Made by a program: the position numbers and the translations under genes
DNA from: Harriotta raleighana
Lineage: Eukaryota
Direction: 5' to 3'
Assembly: GCA_050575255.1 (NCBI GenBank)
Contig: JBNZDD010013714.1
Location: forward strand, 6,674,959-6,738,958
DNA: 64,000 bases
Shown: positions 23,401 to 36,920 of the stretch, piece by piece
Numbering within the stretch: position 1 is the first letter of the stretch
How the letters are laid out: the number at the start of each line of letters is the position of its first letter
The notes under the pieces: model-generated
The model's input: the letters and a program-made list of their open reading frames with translations, nothing else
Database searches by the model: none
Told to the model about the DNA's origin: nothing

Positions 23401-26400
23401 AATTATAGGGAAATGAAAAAACATAATATTGCAGGTAAATTTGAAATGGAAAATATTTCCCTCAGGAGGCCAGTCTCAATTGTACAATGTGACTGAGAAT
23501 GGCTTCCTGGGGGAAAACACTTTCCATTACCATAGAGTCCTATTGATTTCACTGTGCCTCGTCTATACTGCATGGCACTGAGGGGAAAGTTGATTAAAAT
23601 GAGGAAGGTAAATACTGCGTGGATACAAATACTTTTTTACATGGTACAAAACTTCATCTAATTTAAACATTGTTATAAAGTACTGAAGATCCTAGCAGAA
23701 CATTCATAATGGATTTGTTGTATTAGCTCCTCTCTGAAGTTTACTAAAATTTCAGAGTACAGGTAGAATAATGAATATTCTAGTAAACACACCCTATTTA
23801 CTTTTCTGTGCTGGTAGAAAAATATGTATTGTCTCTTAACATTTTAGCTTTGTCTTTCATGGTGATAATGGAAAAACTGGTTAAGCAAAATATGGACTCA
23901 GATAGGACAGTAAAGAAAATGAATTAAAGATGCTTGTTGCAGGCTGTAACTTCTCAGGCATCCCGATTGCAGAAGTTAGTTTTGCTCTTGTGGCTTGATC
24001 TCATCACAAGCTATTATTTGTATACAAGCTTCTACCATGTGTAAGGACGAGCAATAGAAAGCAATATTGATATAATAATCCTAAAGAACTGGGATGGTGC
24101 GGTCTGGAAAGAATTTGAAGATTCAAAATTATTTTGTAGACTGTGACTCTGGCTATGATAATATATAGTGAAAGTTGATACAGATGATCCTTCTGGAGAA
24201 AAATGTTGAAGACGTGAGCAAGTGGATCCTTTTTTCTCTTCTCAGAATGGGGCTACAGAGGACCTTTGTGGGCACAAACTCAATAGCCTAGATCATTCAG
24301 TTTTATAAATTTAGTTATTATGAATGTAAAACTTGCACAATCTTTGGTTCACTGAATCTACTTTGATAAAGTCAAGTTCCCGTTACCTTTAGTGATGTTT
24401 ACTGTTGAAGATTATGAAATACAATGGAAGTACAAATCTACCACTATAGATTTGCTCTACACCTAAAGATGTATTTTCAAGTAAAATCTGTGACATGATG
24501 TTAGCAGTTTTAAAATGTTATTTAAAATAATTACACAGTACTGTAATTAGCATTGAATCCAGTTTCAGTGAATGCCACATTTCCAGAGTAATTCTAAATT
24601 TAATCTAAAATATGGTGAAATCATAACTTACTATTAAATCTCATATGCTGTGTACTATAACAGTTTTGGTAATTTTGATGAATCGTAATGTTTCATTATA
24701 TGGTGCATATATTGTCCTTGTATTGTGGTGGAAGAACTACCCTGAATATGGCTTCCTAATACTGTGTTCACACATGCAGTCGTTTCAGGGTACAACCAAC
24801 AGCCTTCACAGGGGTGACTCCATACTGTAGCTAAATCTGATCTGAACCATGCTACAAGCAGGTAAGGCGAGCTTGTAAACTTGCTGTGTAGACTTATGGC
24901 TAGTCTAGCTTGCTTGTTGGGGGTGAGTGTGGTACCAGGCTGATAATCTGGAACTCAACTAATTTTGGATTTACTGAAAAGTGACCGAATTCTGTTTTTA
25001 TAGAACTCTAAACCTAATTTACCAAAAAATATTGTCTAAGCCAAGTTATTTCTTTCAATATTACTTTCTAATTGTTACAGTTAGGATTTAGGTTCAAGTT
25101 TGTGATGGACTGAAGTCAGTTTGTGTTGAACTGATATGACAATTTTAAACCAAGGCTGGTTCACTCATCCCTCCTTGCTATAATGAAGGTATGATTGTGT
25201 GGGTGAAAATGTGATATTCTGTACCTCTTCTTGCAAATAGAGATGCATACTGGTAACTGGAAGTGCATAACACTGATTCACTGGAACTTTGTTCCAAAAG
25301 TAATTTGAATTCCTACGGATTAGTATGATACACATCTGGGTAGCTGTAGGAGTTGCTATTTGCAAATAAAGCTACTGAGTATTGCATTTTCAATCCTGGT
25401 ATACTATTCCAGGATGGTTTTGGGTTTAAATACAACTCCTAACTGGGTTTTGGAAGGCTTCAACTATTGAGGATTTGCACTATTCTTTCACGTTTTCATA
25501 AACCTTTTATAACGATCTTCAGTAAAACAATAGTTTGGAAATAACTTGGACAATGAAATGATTGCACTCCAGAATAAATATCTTCCTTTCAAACCAGAAC
25601 TTCCAAAATCCATTCTAGGACACTGTTCTACTTGTGTTGGTGTTACTTGTATCAATGTGAATGTAGTACGAGAAACTGATATTTTCAATGACACAAACAT
25701 CATAAGTAAGCATCGTATGTCAAATACACCATTCAATGATTGTGGAAAAGTTTAAATTTGGAACCAATTTTTTTCCAAAAAAAAAATATTTTGTTATCTT
25801 TATTTTACATGTCAATGGTAATTACCACGTATGCTGAAAATGGGTGTTAGTACTTAGGCAAATTATTACCTTTGCCAACGTACCATCACCCATTTTCATC
25901 ATGTTAACTTGCTAAATTTGAAAAGATCCGACATCTTTAGCTCACAACTAGTCCATTTGGCATAATGGTAAAAGAATCCTGACTGCAGAGTTAGTAACCT
26001 CAGTTGCTTTTTAACAGGTCGCTTTTGTTTATTGCATACCATCTGATATGAAATTGGTTCCTTTGAGATGCAGTAAAGCATTTGAGCACCACTCTTCCAA
26101 ACTGTTTTATTTCAGTGCCACTTTCACTAACTACATAATGGGGTAAAGGGATAATAGTCTGTGTCTCTGAAGATTACCCACGTGATGAGCTCCTGATTCC
26201 AATGATGCAACTGGCTGGTTGCCAAGTAGAGGCAGGCCCTTCTTTATAAGAGGACAGTGACTGTAGGATCAATAGCTTTCAGCAAACTATTGGCCATTTG
26301 GGTTTAATGCCTCTTTCACTTATTCTCTTGATATTGTGATAGCTTCATCACTTGTGAAGAGTATTTCCTGTTAATGAGACCTCAAAATGAAGAAATGGAA

Positions 26401-27659
26401 ATGAATTTGACCTCAATATCCTACAGTAGGTGAAGGGTATGAATGAAGGCATGGAGGAACGTGAGCCACAGGTAAAGAAAGGGAGATGGGCTGCAACTAC
26501 TCCCTGGCTATATTAAGAGTGCTTCTGTGCTGATTAAAAACAAAATTACTGTTTTATTAACATGCATTGTTAAGGCCAGAAAATAAAGCATTGAACTAAT
26601 GTTACTCTGAGATTTCAAATTTGTGTCCCAAGTACAATGAATAATTTTCAAAGCTGATTTCATCCAATTTGCTGATCAGGTTTTTCAAATGTTCCTTTTT
26701 CTTGTTTTTGTTTTTCTTATTTCATTCTCATATTTTGTCCCTTTCTTGATTAGTTTTTTTTACTGTTAATCTTCTCACAGTGACTATTGGGTGGCAACTC
26801 CTGTCTATTTTATTATTCATATTACTCAGCAGGAAAGACGCAAGGTTTCAGTCACCAACAACATTATGAAACAAAGAAGTGTCCTTTCGAGTGCAATATG
26901 TAATTTGTAAATCAGTGATCCTATGTAATTGTTTCAGAATGTAAATTAAACTTCAGCTGCAATGTTCAGTTATAAGCTTGTGATTCCAATATAATGCTTG
27001 TTTATCTATCTGTTATTCAAAACGCCAGAATATTCCTTATTCTTGCATTTCTACTTTTCATCTGTTCACTTCTGCCACTTTTTCTCCTCCCTCTTGTACT
27101 CAATTTCTGCCTTCCCACTGAGCATTTTCTCCCTGGTCAGCAAAACCCCACCCCCTCCTTTCGGATGAACTGATAAAACTGCTCTGCAATAGTTTTCATG
27201 CGTATAAGAAAGAGCTGGGGTTGTCACTGTTGGTGCTTGTGACCAGAGCAACTTGAGCCTTTCATTGGCACTCGGGCAATTTGCCTCCTCAGATAGTTTT
27301 TTGTGTTGCCTGTCTTGGCATTGACTCTATGATTGATCAAGGCTGAATTAAAGTGACTCAGCACAAAGTAGACCTGGCCACTGAAGCTTCGCTACAACAA
27401 AAGTTTTGCAAGTGAAAATTCAGATTCGGCAAGTAATGTTCTCTTCACTCCTTTGAAAGATTCCTTTGGTACATGTCCTCAACCACACACACATTTTCAA
27501 CACAATGAAAACTTATCCTTGAATGTTTGATCAAGCTCCAGACTAGGTAGAGTCATCTCATGGGATCTTGACCAGATTAGTGGTCAAACACTGAAAAACC
27601 AGGATGACCTCAGTGTTACTTGATATGTGGATGTTCTTCCCAAGCGGCTGTTCTAAGAT

Positions 27660-27960
27660 ATTAGCTTGGCTCTGTTGGCACTCTTGGATATAGATCAGAA
27701 AGAGGTGGGTTCAAGCCCCATGTGAGGACTTTGATCTGATAATCTACGCTGACACTCACATTTCATGCTGGATGAACAATGCATTAACAGAGGAGCTATC
27801 TTTTGAGTGAGATTAAACCCTCTGCCTAATCAGGTAAATGTTAAATATCCAGTGTCACTTTTTGAAAAGAAAGGATTTTCTCCTAATGTCCTGTTCCAGA
27901 TAAATTGAGTTCACGCGAAGGCTGGCTATTTGTAAAACATTCCTATACATGAATTGGCTG
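27660..27960 (+). mobile_element. Ancient Deu-domain SINE in ZNF423 intron 1
   Basis: Decayed tRNA-like head (GGGTTCAAGCCCC), then GCTGACACTC...CAGAGGAGCTATCTTT...CAGGTAAATGTTAAATATCC, the Deu core. Confidence 0.6.
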
Positions 27961-30900
27961 TCACGTCGACCTGCGAATAGATTCTACACCTGACAGCAAT
28001 TACCTGTAAAGTAGTGCAAACTGTTTTTGATGCTATAGCTGCCATATCAAATGCAAAAATAATTATAATAATTGCAGTCAGTGTTCCATCTTGGAATAAG
28101 AGCAGGATATTGGGAAGGGGTTCCAGAAAATTGAGTAAACATTTTGCAAACAGGAAGAAGTGTGCTGTTAAAGTGGCCTGGAAATTCACAGAAGGGGCAC
28201 AAGGTGAAATGAGTGGCCTGCTTGAATGACAGAGATACCATATACAATCTTCATTTTCCTGAGAACCAGGTACAAGTTAGCATTAGATAGCATTGGTCAA
28301 ATGACTAATGTGCTGCAATGATTCACCATGGAATATTTTCAATATACAAACCACAATGCACTTTTTTTGTGTGTGGCTAACTATCTCAATTTTCATCAGG
28401 TTGTTAGAAAAAGATGATTAAGCTTTTATTTCCTATTTTTTATTTTGTAACCAACAACCTGGAAAATTTGCACTGTAAATGGTATTAGCACAGACTACAA
28501 TTTGTTTTGGAACTGACTGAAAGAGTTAGTTTAATTGATAAAACATACTGCAAGGTCTATATAAGCTAAAGATCATGTCCCCGTTTATCAGCAGGGGACC
28601 CGGTGTCCTTGACGGGTTGGATAACAATCCTTGAAGGAAATGATGACTTATTCATTGGTTGGCTTTTTAAGTGGCGTATTGTAGTGGAAATGCTCAACAA
28701 CTTGCTATAAAGGAACAATTGTTGGGTAGACATTTGACAGGGCAATAAGAGATTTAAAGATGTTGACCAAAGACACAGTTGAAGACCTATGGCTTTGGAG
28801 GTTTTAGAGGCAGGTCATTAAAAAGATCCCTCTAAACTAGGGAAGTTTGAGACTTCATTCTCCTACCAAATTATTTATTTTGGGAAAGGGAAGAGTTTCA
28901 TTTAAGCTGATGGTAAAGTACTTTTTTTCCAAGATCAGTGTCCTCAAATACTAGGGCGAAGGCTGAATGTGTATGTGAAGATTGAACCTCTTTTAAAAGA
29001 CCAAGAAGGAATACATATTGTAGATAATCCAAATATTCTTTAATGGTCTCATTGTTTCAAAGAGCATTGTTTCTCAATTTTTATCTTGTCATTTAAGAAA
29101 AATTCCCCACATACATTGCATTTTTTTAAATTACTGTATAATGCACCTACTTGTGTAGAATTACAAGAAAAAAAGTATGACAAAATTTTGTGTGCAGTCT
29201 CAGTTAAAGCAGCTTGTACTTTGCAATCGCACAGTATAAGCACCTGTGTTACAGACCACAGCCTAGCCTTGGTGTGACGCACAAGAATTTGATCAGGAAG
29301 TGACAGAAACCTTCAGCTGTATGTTTTCCAATGACAGTTTATGAAATGCAATTGAAACAAACTTGAATTTTAAAGTTTTTGATACACCAGTTTTGCTTGA
29401 ATCTCTAGCTGAATTACTGTCTAACATCCTGAGTGAATTATTTTGTCCAGGCCAACAATCTGAAGCAAGACATTAATTATAAATATGCTGTACTTCATAT
29501 GTAAAATAGTAAACGTTCAACATTTCTAATTTTGATTTTCACCCTGTTTACTATAAATGAACATTTGAGTATGGTAAGTTTTGTAAATTATCATTTGTTT
29601 CATCAGCACAATTTGAAGGTGATTTGAATGCATTTTGAACTAAATATTGGCATTTCTATCTTTTCTACTCCCTCCCTTCCCCTCGCCCCCCCACCACCCC
29701 TCAACACAAAAATTACTCATTGAAATTAGTCATTAGTTTACTCTGTCCAGCAGCTGTTCACAAGACCTAGTTCACATGGCATTGGGCCATATCCAGAGCA
29801 GAACAGAAAAATATGAATCTCCAAAGGGCTGAAACATTTGGCAGATCAGAATCCTATTTTGATCCACCCATTGTATTTTATAGTTCATGAACTGCTTTAT
29901 TCTTGAGTGTGAACTCCTGCTTTAGCAACTTGGAATTTTTCATTCCGACATGGGAATATTTTTAATTGTGGATGTTTATGTTTTTTATGTCTCAAATTTG
30001 GGTTAGAATAAGTATTGCAGTTTTATTACATGGTCTCAGAAAACTCTGAGGACAGATTTTTAAAAAATACCTAATTGTTGCTATTCAATCAGGTAATTGG
30101 ATCTAAATGCTATTCGATCAGGTACTGGAAATATGTTTTAAGCAGATTGCAGTATCTTTTCTTTTGTCATATTTATTGTTTAAGATGGTACTTGTAGCTT
30201 TTTTATAATGTAATTTGTTTTGATTGCAAAGAAATTCTCATGAAATCAATTTGAGCATCTGACATTCTTGTGACCAGCAACTGCTGAAGTTTTGTAGTTC
30301 AGGCATTTTCTGTCTGGTATCAAATGTAGAAAAGAGATTGTCTTGTTACAATCTATGTCACTTCTTGCAGACTGATTTGATAACTGGTGTCAGCTACACA
30401 GTGCCATTCTATTGAATCCAGACAAAAAATGACCATCGTTGAACAGCAAAATTCTTCTATCTCATACTTCTATTTGTCCAAACATCTTTATTTGGGTTGG
30501 TGATTTAGTGGTTAAGTAAATCAGCAAGGAGATTAAGGATTAAAGAAATAATTCTGATTATCATAAACTGGGTAAGTGTAATTGAATTTCATTTTCTGTA
30601 AAGGGTATCTATATCTTCTAATTTCTCTTCAGCATATCTATTTGGATCCTATTTGGGACTTGGTTCTAGGATGCCTTCCCTTGGATGTGTGTTTGACAGC
30701 TAGGATGTTCGTTGACTACTACTTCCTTAATTTGTCTATGTCGGAAATGCCTCTAGTGTCTGATTTCCAAGCACTAATCGGGAATTGTGTTTATTTGTGT
30801 TGCCTATTTCTTCACTTGAATTTGCAAGCATAGGAAATGGTTCTCAATAATTGAATTCACTACAGGAATGAATACAAGTCACTGAAAAGTGCTGTGTGGT

Positions 30901-32555
30901 ATATTCAGATCTGACAGTCTGGTCGTATTTCAATTGAGAAAGTATTCAGATTTATTTTACTTTAGTGAAGATTGACAGGTATTAGACTTTAGAATTGGAA
31001 GATTGGTCTGGTGTTAGTTTATAGAGTCTTCTATGAATTATTTTGAAATGGATTCTGAAAACTGCTGAAATTTGGGCCAATCTGCAACATTGCAACATTC
31101 TGGGTTTTTGTTTAAAAGGGAATGAATGATAGTTGATCTATGGGTGACATCTGGAGGAACCATCATATTAATACTGCTGCCTAAACATGATTTGATAGAT
31201 TAGTATAGATTCTGGAGTATGGATTCTGCCGCTTCATTTGCTCTCTTTGTACTCTCCCCAAATCTCAAGGTACCTATAGACTTCCATTCAGTGTCAAAAA
31301 TGCTTTAATGAAGAAATTAAGCCTTGTAGAATTTTTCTATTTATAGAATTAAACCTGGACCATTTATGGACATTCCTCCAAACCCCTCATAAGTGTTCAT
31401 TTTTCCTGTCTAAGTATTTGTCCTTTATTTTGGTTTCTGCTTAAAAAAAATCCTAAAATACCTCTATTTAGTACAATAGATAGGTTCAACTGTATCTTAT
31501 TTTCAAGAACATTTTCAGGATCCCCTATGCCTTTACTTCTGCCAACCTGCATCTGTCAATTATGAATTGGGCATATTAATACTGGTTCAACTATTTTGTG
31601 GCTTGGTTTACTTTTGAATCTTCTTCTAACTTCAAAGATCTTTTTTCCTGTTGCATGTACTGTTCTCCTTCAATCTGGAGGGAATATATTTTGTTTGTAT
31701 GGTGTAATCAGCATTTCTGCTCTTGACCAAAATGGCATAGTAATGTATAATGTTTCATAATGTTAAATATTTTTAAAAGTGGGTTATTTTGCTGTTGCAA
31801 GCCATTCCATATTGTGGTCCAATCAAGAATAGGTGAGGCAAAGTTCAAATACCAGTTGAGACCGAGATTCTAAACTTTATATAAGGAATAGCAAACTGAT
31901 GACACGTTATTGCTAAGAAGTTTAAAATCAGTTGAATCCGTCTTGATGATTCTTAAATAATTGTTAACAGTATTGGATAGTAACATTTGGAGAGGCATAG
32001 AGCAGATCCCGTGTCTTATACATGAGTGAATTAGGGGACCAAAAGAGTGGAGAGCAAATCTTATTTTATAAAGGTACCCAAACAGAGGATATTTGTTATG
32101 CGTGATGTTTTATATATGCTATTTGTTTGCACAACAAATTAACAGATTCCTCTAAGTGTGTACTGCTTTTAAAAACGAAATTACATCAACATCTCAATTA
32201 CATCACCAGAATTATGTTGTGTCTGATATTCTTGGTACAGGACAGTTTCTTTTGAATTATTCTCTGAAGAAATAGCATTATCATTTTATGCTTATTGACA
32301 CTTTTTCAGACTGCCTAGTTGTCAATAACCAAAAGTATGTTTGTTTAATTAGAACCTATTGACTGTGTTTTCTTGATTAATTATTGATTAATGTTGCACA
32401 TTTCCTCCACCTTGGATGATTTGATATTGAAGGTGCAACTGTGCACATATTCAAGTAAAAAATGGTATTGAAATTCATGCTTCATCTTTTTGATCTTAAA
32501 ACATTCAGAGGGTATGAATCATGATATAACCAGCTCTCTTTGCATTTTGTTTCAG

Positions 32556-32615
32556 TTGAAGAAAGTGAATCTTCAGAATTTGACTTGACCTGGGACTCAG
32601 CAACTGTACAAGCAG
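32556..32615 (+). CDS. ZNF423: ZNF423 coding exon 2 (60 nt)
   Basis: TTTTGTTTCAG acceptor, CAG|GTACC donor. VEESESSEFDLTWDSATVQA matches ZNF423 [20 protein letters not shown], which distinguishes it from ZNF521. Confidence 0.93.
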
Positions 32616-34839
32616 GTACCATTATGTCATTCATGTCATCTCAGATTCTTTAATATCAGAAAACGAATAATTTATAGTTTAGAATATCAATAATAGTCCT
32701 TTGCTAAGAAAATCAAAGTCTTTTATAATTGCCAGATGCCCAATGCAAATGTTGCATTGTGCGGCCTTAATATATTGATTTATAATAGAGCTACAATTTG
32801 GGATTTTGCTTGACTATATTTACAATGATGATAGTTTCCAAACTATCCTGTTTTCTTTTAACCTCTTGTCTCCAGTTTTTATTTTATTAGGTTTTTTGCA
32901 ATTGATTAATTTTTCCCTACTGTATTTAAGTGTAATTTTTAGTATTTCTCAAAGAATTAAGGAACCAAACTCTCCAATTAATCTGATGGACTACATTACA
33001 TTTTCAAAATTAACTTTCTAAGAATTCTTTGATCTAATTTGTGGAATTTTTAGCGGAATTCTCTGATTGATTCCTTTTGATCTTCAGGAACTCTACTCTG
33101 GAATTTGATTGTGTTCGAACAGAATTTCTGTAGACAATGTGACCAGATATTGGAAGGTATCCCCATTTGCACTATGTGGGGTCCTTCTGAAGGAATACAT
33201 TAAAATACAAATTGAGCCTAATATTACTTGAATGAAAACACATTCTATTGTATTATTGAATGTACAGTTGGCTAGCAGACTAGCAGCATCCATTTCACCT
33301 GGGATTCTTTGGGTAGTCGGATTGTAAAGTATTAGACGTGATAGCAAACCTATCCCTTCAGTCGGCTTGGAGAGCAAGAAATAGGCAGGACTAGCTGGGT
33401 TTAGAAACAACATTTTAAGAAAAGTTACTTTGCATATAAAATGTACTTTGTAGAAAACGAAAGTTTGGAGCTCCTTTCAATTGTATTTCCCACATAGCGT
33501 TGAATTTTGCTACTAAATGAATCCTTGTAATGATTATACTTATGGAGGAGAGGTTTGTTTACAAAGAAACCAGAGCTTCTACCAGTTGCACGATGTGCTG
33601 CCCACTTCCTTTTCCTGGCTGGACTGGCTGCCAAAGTGACTGACTGGGTGTAAAACGCTGGCTTATTCTGCTGGACAGTTGGTTGTTTAGCTGATCAACA
33701 ACACTGTTTTGGTTTTCACACCTCCATATCTATACTTTAAGTATAACTATCCAAAAATGTTTAATTATTCTGTCTAATATGAATATATTCTGCCTAATAC
33801 TGATAGTTCTCAACTGACTATAATCTTACAAACAGTAAGTAATTTTTTAAATCCAGTTTGTCCTTTTCATGGATCTATTCAATCTAGCTGTGGTGACTGT
33901 GCTGTAGAGACATTTTATGCTTTTTATGCTTGTATTTCAAACCACACTGAATCTTTCCAGTGCTATCACTGGTTACTCCTGAAGCACAAAAAATATATTC
34001 CACAGATGTACTGTTATTTTTAACTTATTCTCACAATTCTACAGGCTTGGTTCTTTAAGAAGTAATGAATGGGATATCTGTTCTTAGGTGAATATTTTAT
34101 GTATTGAGTTACTGCTGGGGTACTTGACTCTCCCTCCTGGACAATCTGTGAATTGTGGATGAGGGATGTGGGAATTGAAATCTGGAAAGACTGATGGTGA
34201 TACATTTGTGAGGGCTTATCCAGAGCCACCAGGAATGTCTGATTGAAAGTAATACACATTATGACTTGAATAGAACTTATTGTACAGCTAGTTGACTTTA
34301 AACATGTTCAGTATAAGGATAGTGGTCAGGCATGTAATGCTCCTATGGGGGAGATGAGGGAACATTGCCTTGCTTCCTCTGGGACTTTCTGTTAGTCCAG
34401 AAGTTCTGATGAGAAGACGTAAACTTCCTGGGTAGATCCCTGGGGGTTCACATTCCTTTCAAATCTGCACTCTGTTCCTGGAGACTGTGTAGTCCAGATA
34501 GCAAAACTAGATTAGTTCTCCTGGGTCTACCAATTCCAAGAAACCCATTCAGTGCAACTGGAAAACGAAGGGTATACTCTAGTGGTTGCTTGGATAAAAG
34601 AACTAGCCCAATTTGGTGTGTGTGTCTGCCCACATTTTTTTCTAGAGTCATTCACATGGTTACAGAAGGGTCTACAGGGAGAAAACAGTTAAAGCTTTTT
34701 GATTAGGGACATTAGCACCAGTACTAGATGAAGCTTTAGTAATGAGGATTTGGGTGATTGTTAGAAAATGCTCAGATAAGATTAAAGGCGAGTATTTTTT
34801 TCTCCTTCTCCTCCCAATTAGTAAAGGTTCCACACTTTA

Positions 34840-35150
34840 CTGCAACAATAACTTGTATTTATATAGTGCCTTCCACGCTACTGGGCAGCATCTCAGTGCG
34901 CTTAACACTGGCAGAGCCTGAGGATAAGGCAAAGGAAGGGGAAAGGTGACCGTAAACTCAGTTGAACAGAAAGGTTTTCAGGCACAACCTGAAGATGAGG
35001 AAGGAGAAGATAAAGCAAAGGGGTTGATGATGGGAATTCTAAAGATTCGGGGTGGTAGTGGCTGAAAGCACAAAAGGTGGCGTAGAGAATTCGGGAGACA
35101 CGAAGGAGACTGCGGGTACTTCTGTAAGGAGAGCCCAGTCAACAATGATA
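34840..35150 (-). mobile_element. Degraded L2 3' fragment
   Basis: CAACAATAACTTGTATTTATATAGTGCCTTCCAC...CTCAGTGCGCTT tail followed by purine-rich L2-like sequence. Confidence 0.55.
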
Positions 35151-36599
35151 GGGGTCACTAGTTTTAACTCTGATAGTGACCTAAATATCTATGTAATTGT
35201 TGGTGTTGGGTCTATCTTACATGGGATTGAGGAGGGGAGGTTTTAAAAATATATATATTTTAAGCCGCCCATAGTGCAAAGATATAGGATCTGTTTCACC
35301 CATGTCCCGGGTAACTGTTTATACTGTACAGGGTTCAAAAGGAGAATCTGGAACATTCAATGCTTCAAGTTGATGGTTGAGATGATTGCTACAACAGGTG
35401 CCATTTTCTCTTGTGAGCACGCAGTTTAAAGGAGCCCTGAAAGATGTGAAAGATCCTATGTGAATGTAAGTTGTGGTTTATTCAAGTGTACCAACAATTG
35501 GTATCGGTGCTTAAACTAGGTCTTCTCTCATCAAAAACAAAGCAAGCATTTTATGTTTCCCTAAAGAGAAAAAGTGGATTTTTAAAAATTGTTTTCAATT
35601 AGCCACAAAGAGTATTGTTCTCCGAAGTATTCAATTGAGCTGGGAACAGATGCAGAAGTTATGGCAGTGTTGGGTGGCACCTGATGTGAATCATTTCAAG
35701 ATAGCTACAGCAAGTGGTTCTTTCCCTACAACAAAAGCCTGAAGATATTTGCTGCTTGCTTCCAAACAGTGTACTGATTGGTTCAGTTTGCACTGCATTT
35801 ACTGACTGACGATCCCCGAGGGATTGTATAGTATTTTTCCGGCATCAGTTTTGCATGCACAGAATATTGAAATTGGGAATTTGTTTTGGGACAGACGATT
35901 CACTATAATGTGGAGATGGATGTCTTATTCAGGTTTCCATGTCTCTACTAGTAAACAGGGTATACATTATTTTCTGACTAAGCTAAGTTTAGATCTTCAG
36001 TCTGCAAGTCAGAAAGATTCGGAAGAGTCTAGCAAGTTCAACAACAAGCAATTTTATTTGTCCAACAAGTACAAAGTAAACCTACACAAAAATTAAAGTA
36101 GTTTTACGGAGAAAATAGTATTACCTGGTTCCTCTGGGATGTGTGTTGACCCTGTTCATTCCTTTACTTGCTGCGCTTCAAATTTCTTGTGTTAAGTGCA
36201 CAGGTCTTATACCTCAATTCTCAATCTGTTTTACCAATAAATGGTTAAGGCATGACTCAATGTACAATGTTCAAGCGCCGACGTTTTGTCATCAGCAATT
36301 CCTCCTTGTCTGTTTGCCTCCAGATTCTAACCAGAAAACTCTGACTAATTGTATTTGGTGTTTTTTAACCTTGTTTTCTCACAAATTCTCTGCTTAATTT
36401 AATACTCCCTTTAACACTCAGATAAGAAACCAGTCAGAGAGATTGAGGTTGACAAGATCAGAACCAAAAAATCAGCATTGTTTGGGAAATTGGATTGACT
36501 AGATCAAACTGATGTAGGGGACCAAAGAGGAATATATCCTACAAGAATTTGTGACTCTATTGTGAAACCGTACTATTATATAGGTGCCTCGTTTTACTT

Positions 36600-36920
36600 G
36601 TTTTAAAAATCACCTGTTGGGAGAATGAAGGCTGATACTCCCAAGAAACGTTGTGGGTACGTTGCATTGTCAGAGGTGCTTCCTTCATGAAACATTGAAG
36701 TCTCATTTGCCTGTTCAGGTGGACATTAAAATCCCAAGGTCCTACTTGGAAAAAGGAATGGAGTTTCTTCTTTTGAGTAATAGTCCCCAATCTAAACTTG
36801 ATCATTCACTTAATGACTGTTTACAGGACATTCTTGCTTACAAATTGGCTGCAGTATTAGCCTTGATAGTTTAGGGAGTAGTTGCAACAATTTATGTGTC
36901 AATGACTGAACAAGTTGTGA
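36600..36920 (+). mobile_element. Ancient Deu-domain SINE in ZNF423 intron 2
   Basis: GCATTGTCAGAGGTGC...CCTGTTCAGGTGGACATTAAAATCCCAAGG...CAAATTGGCTGC. Confidence 0.65.
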
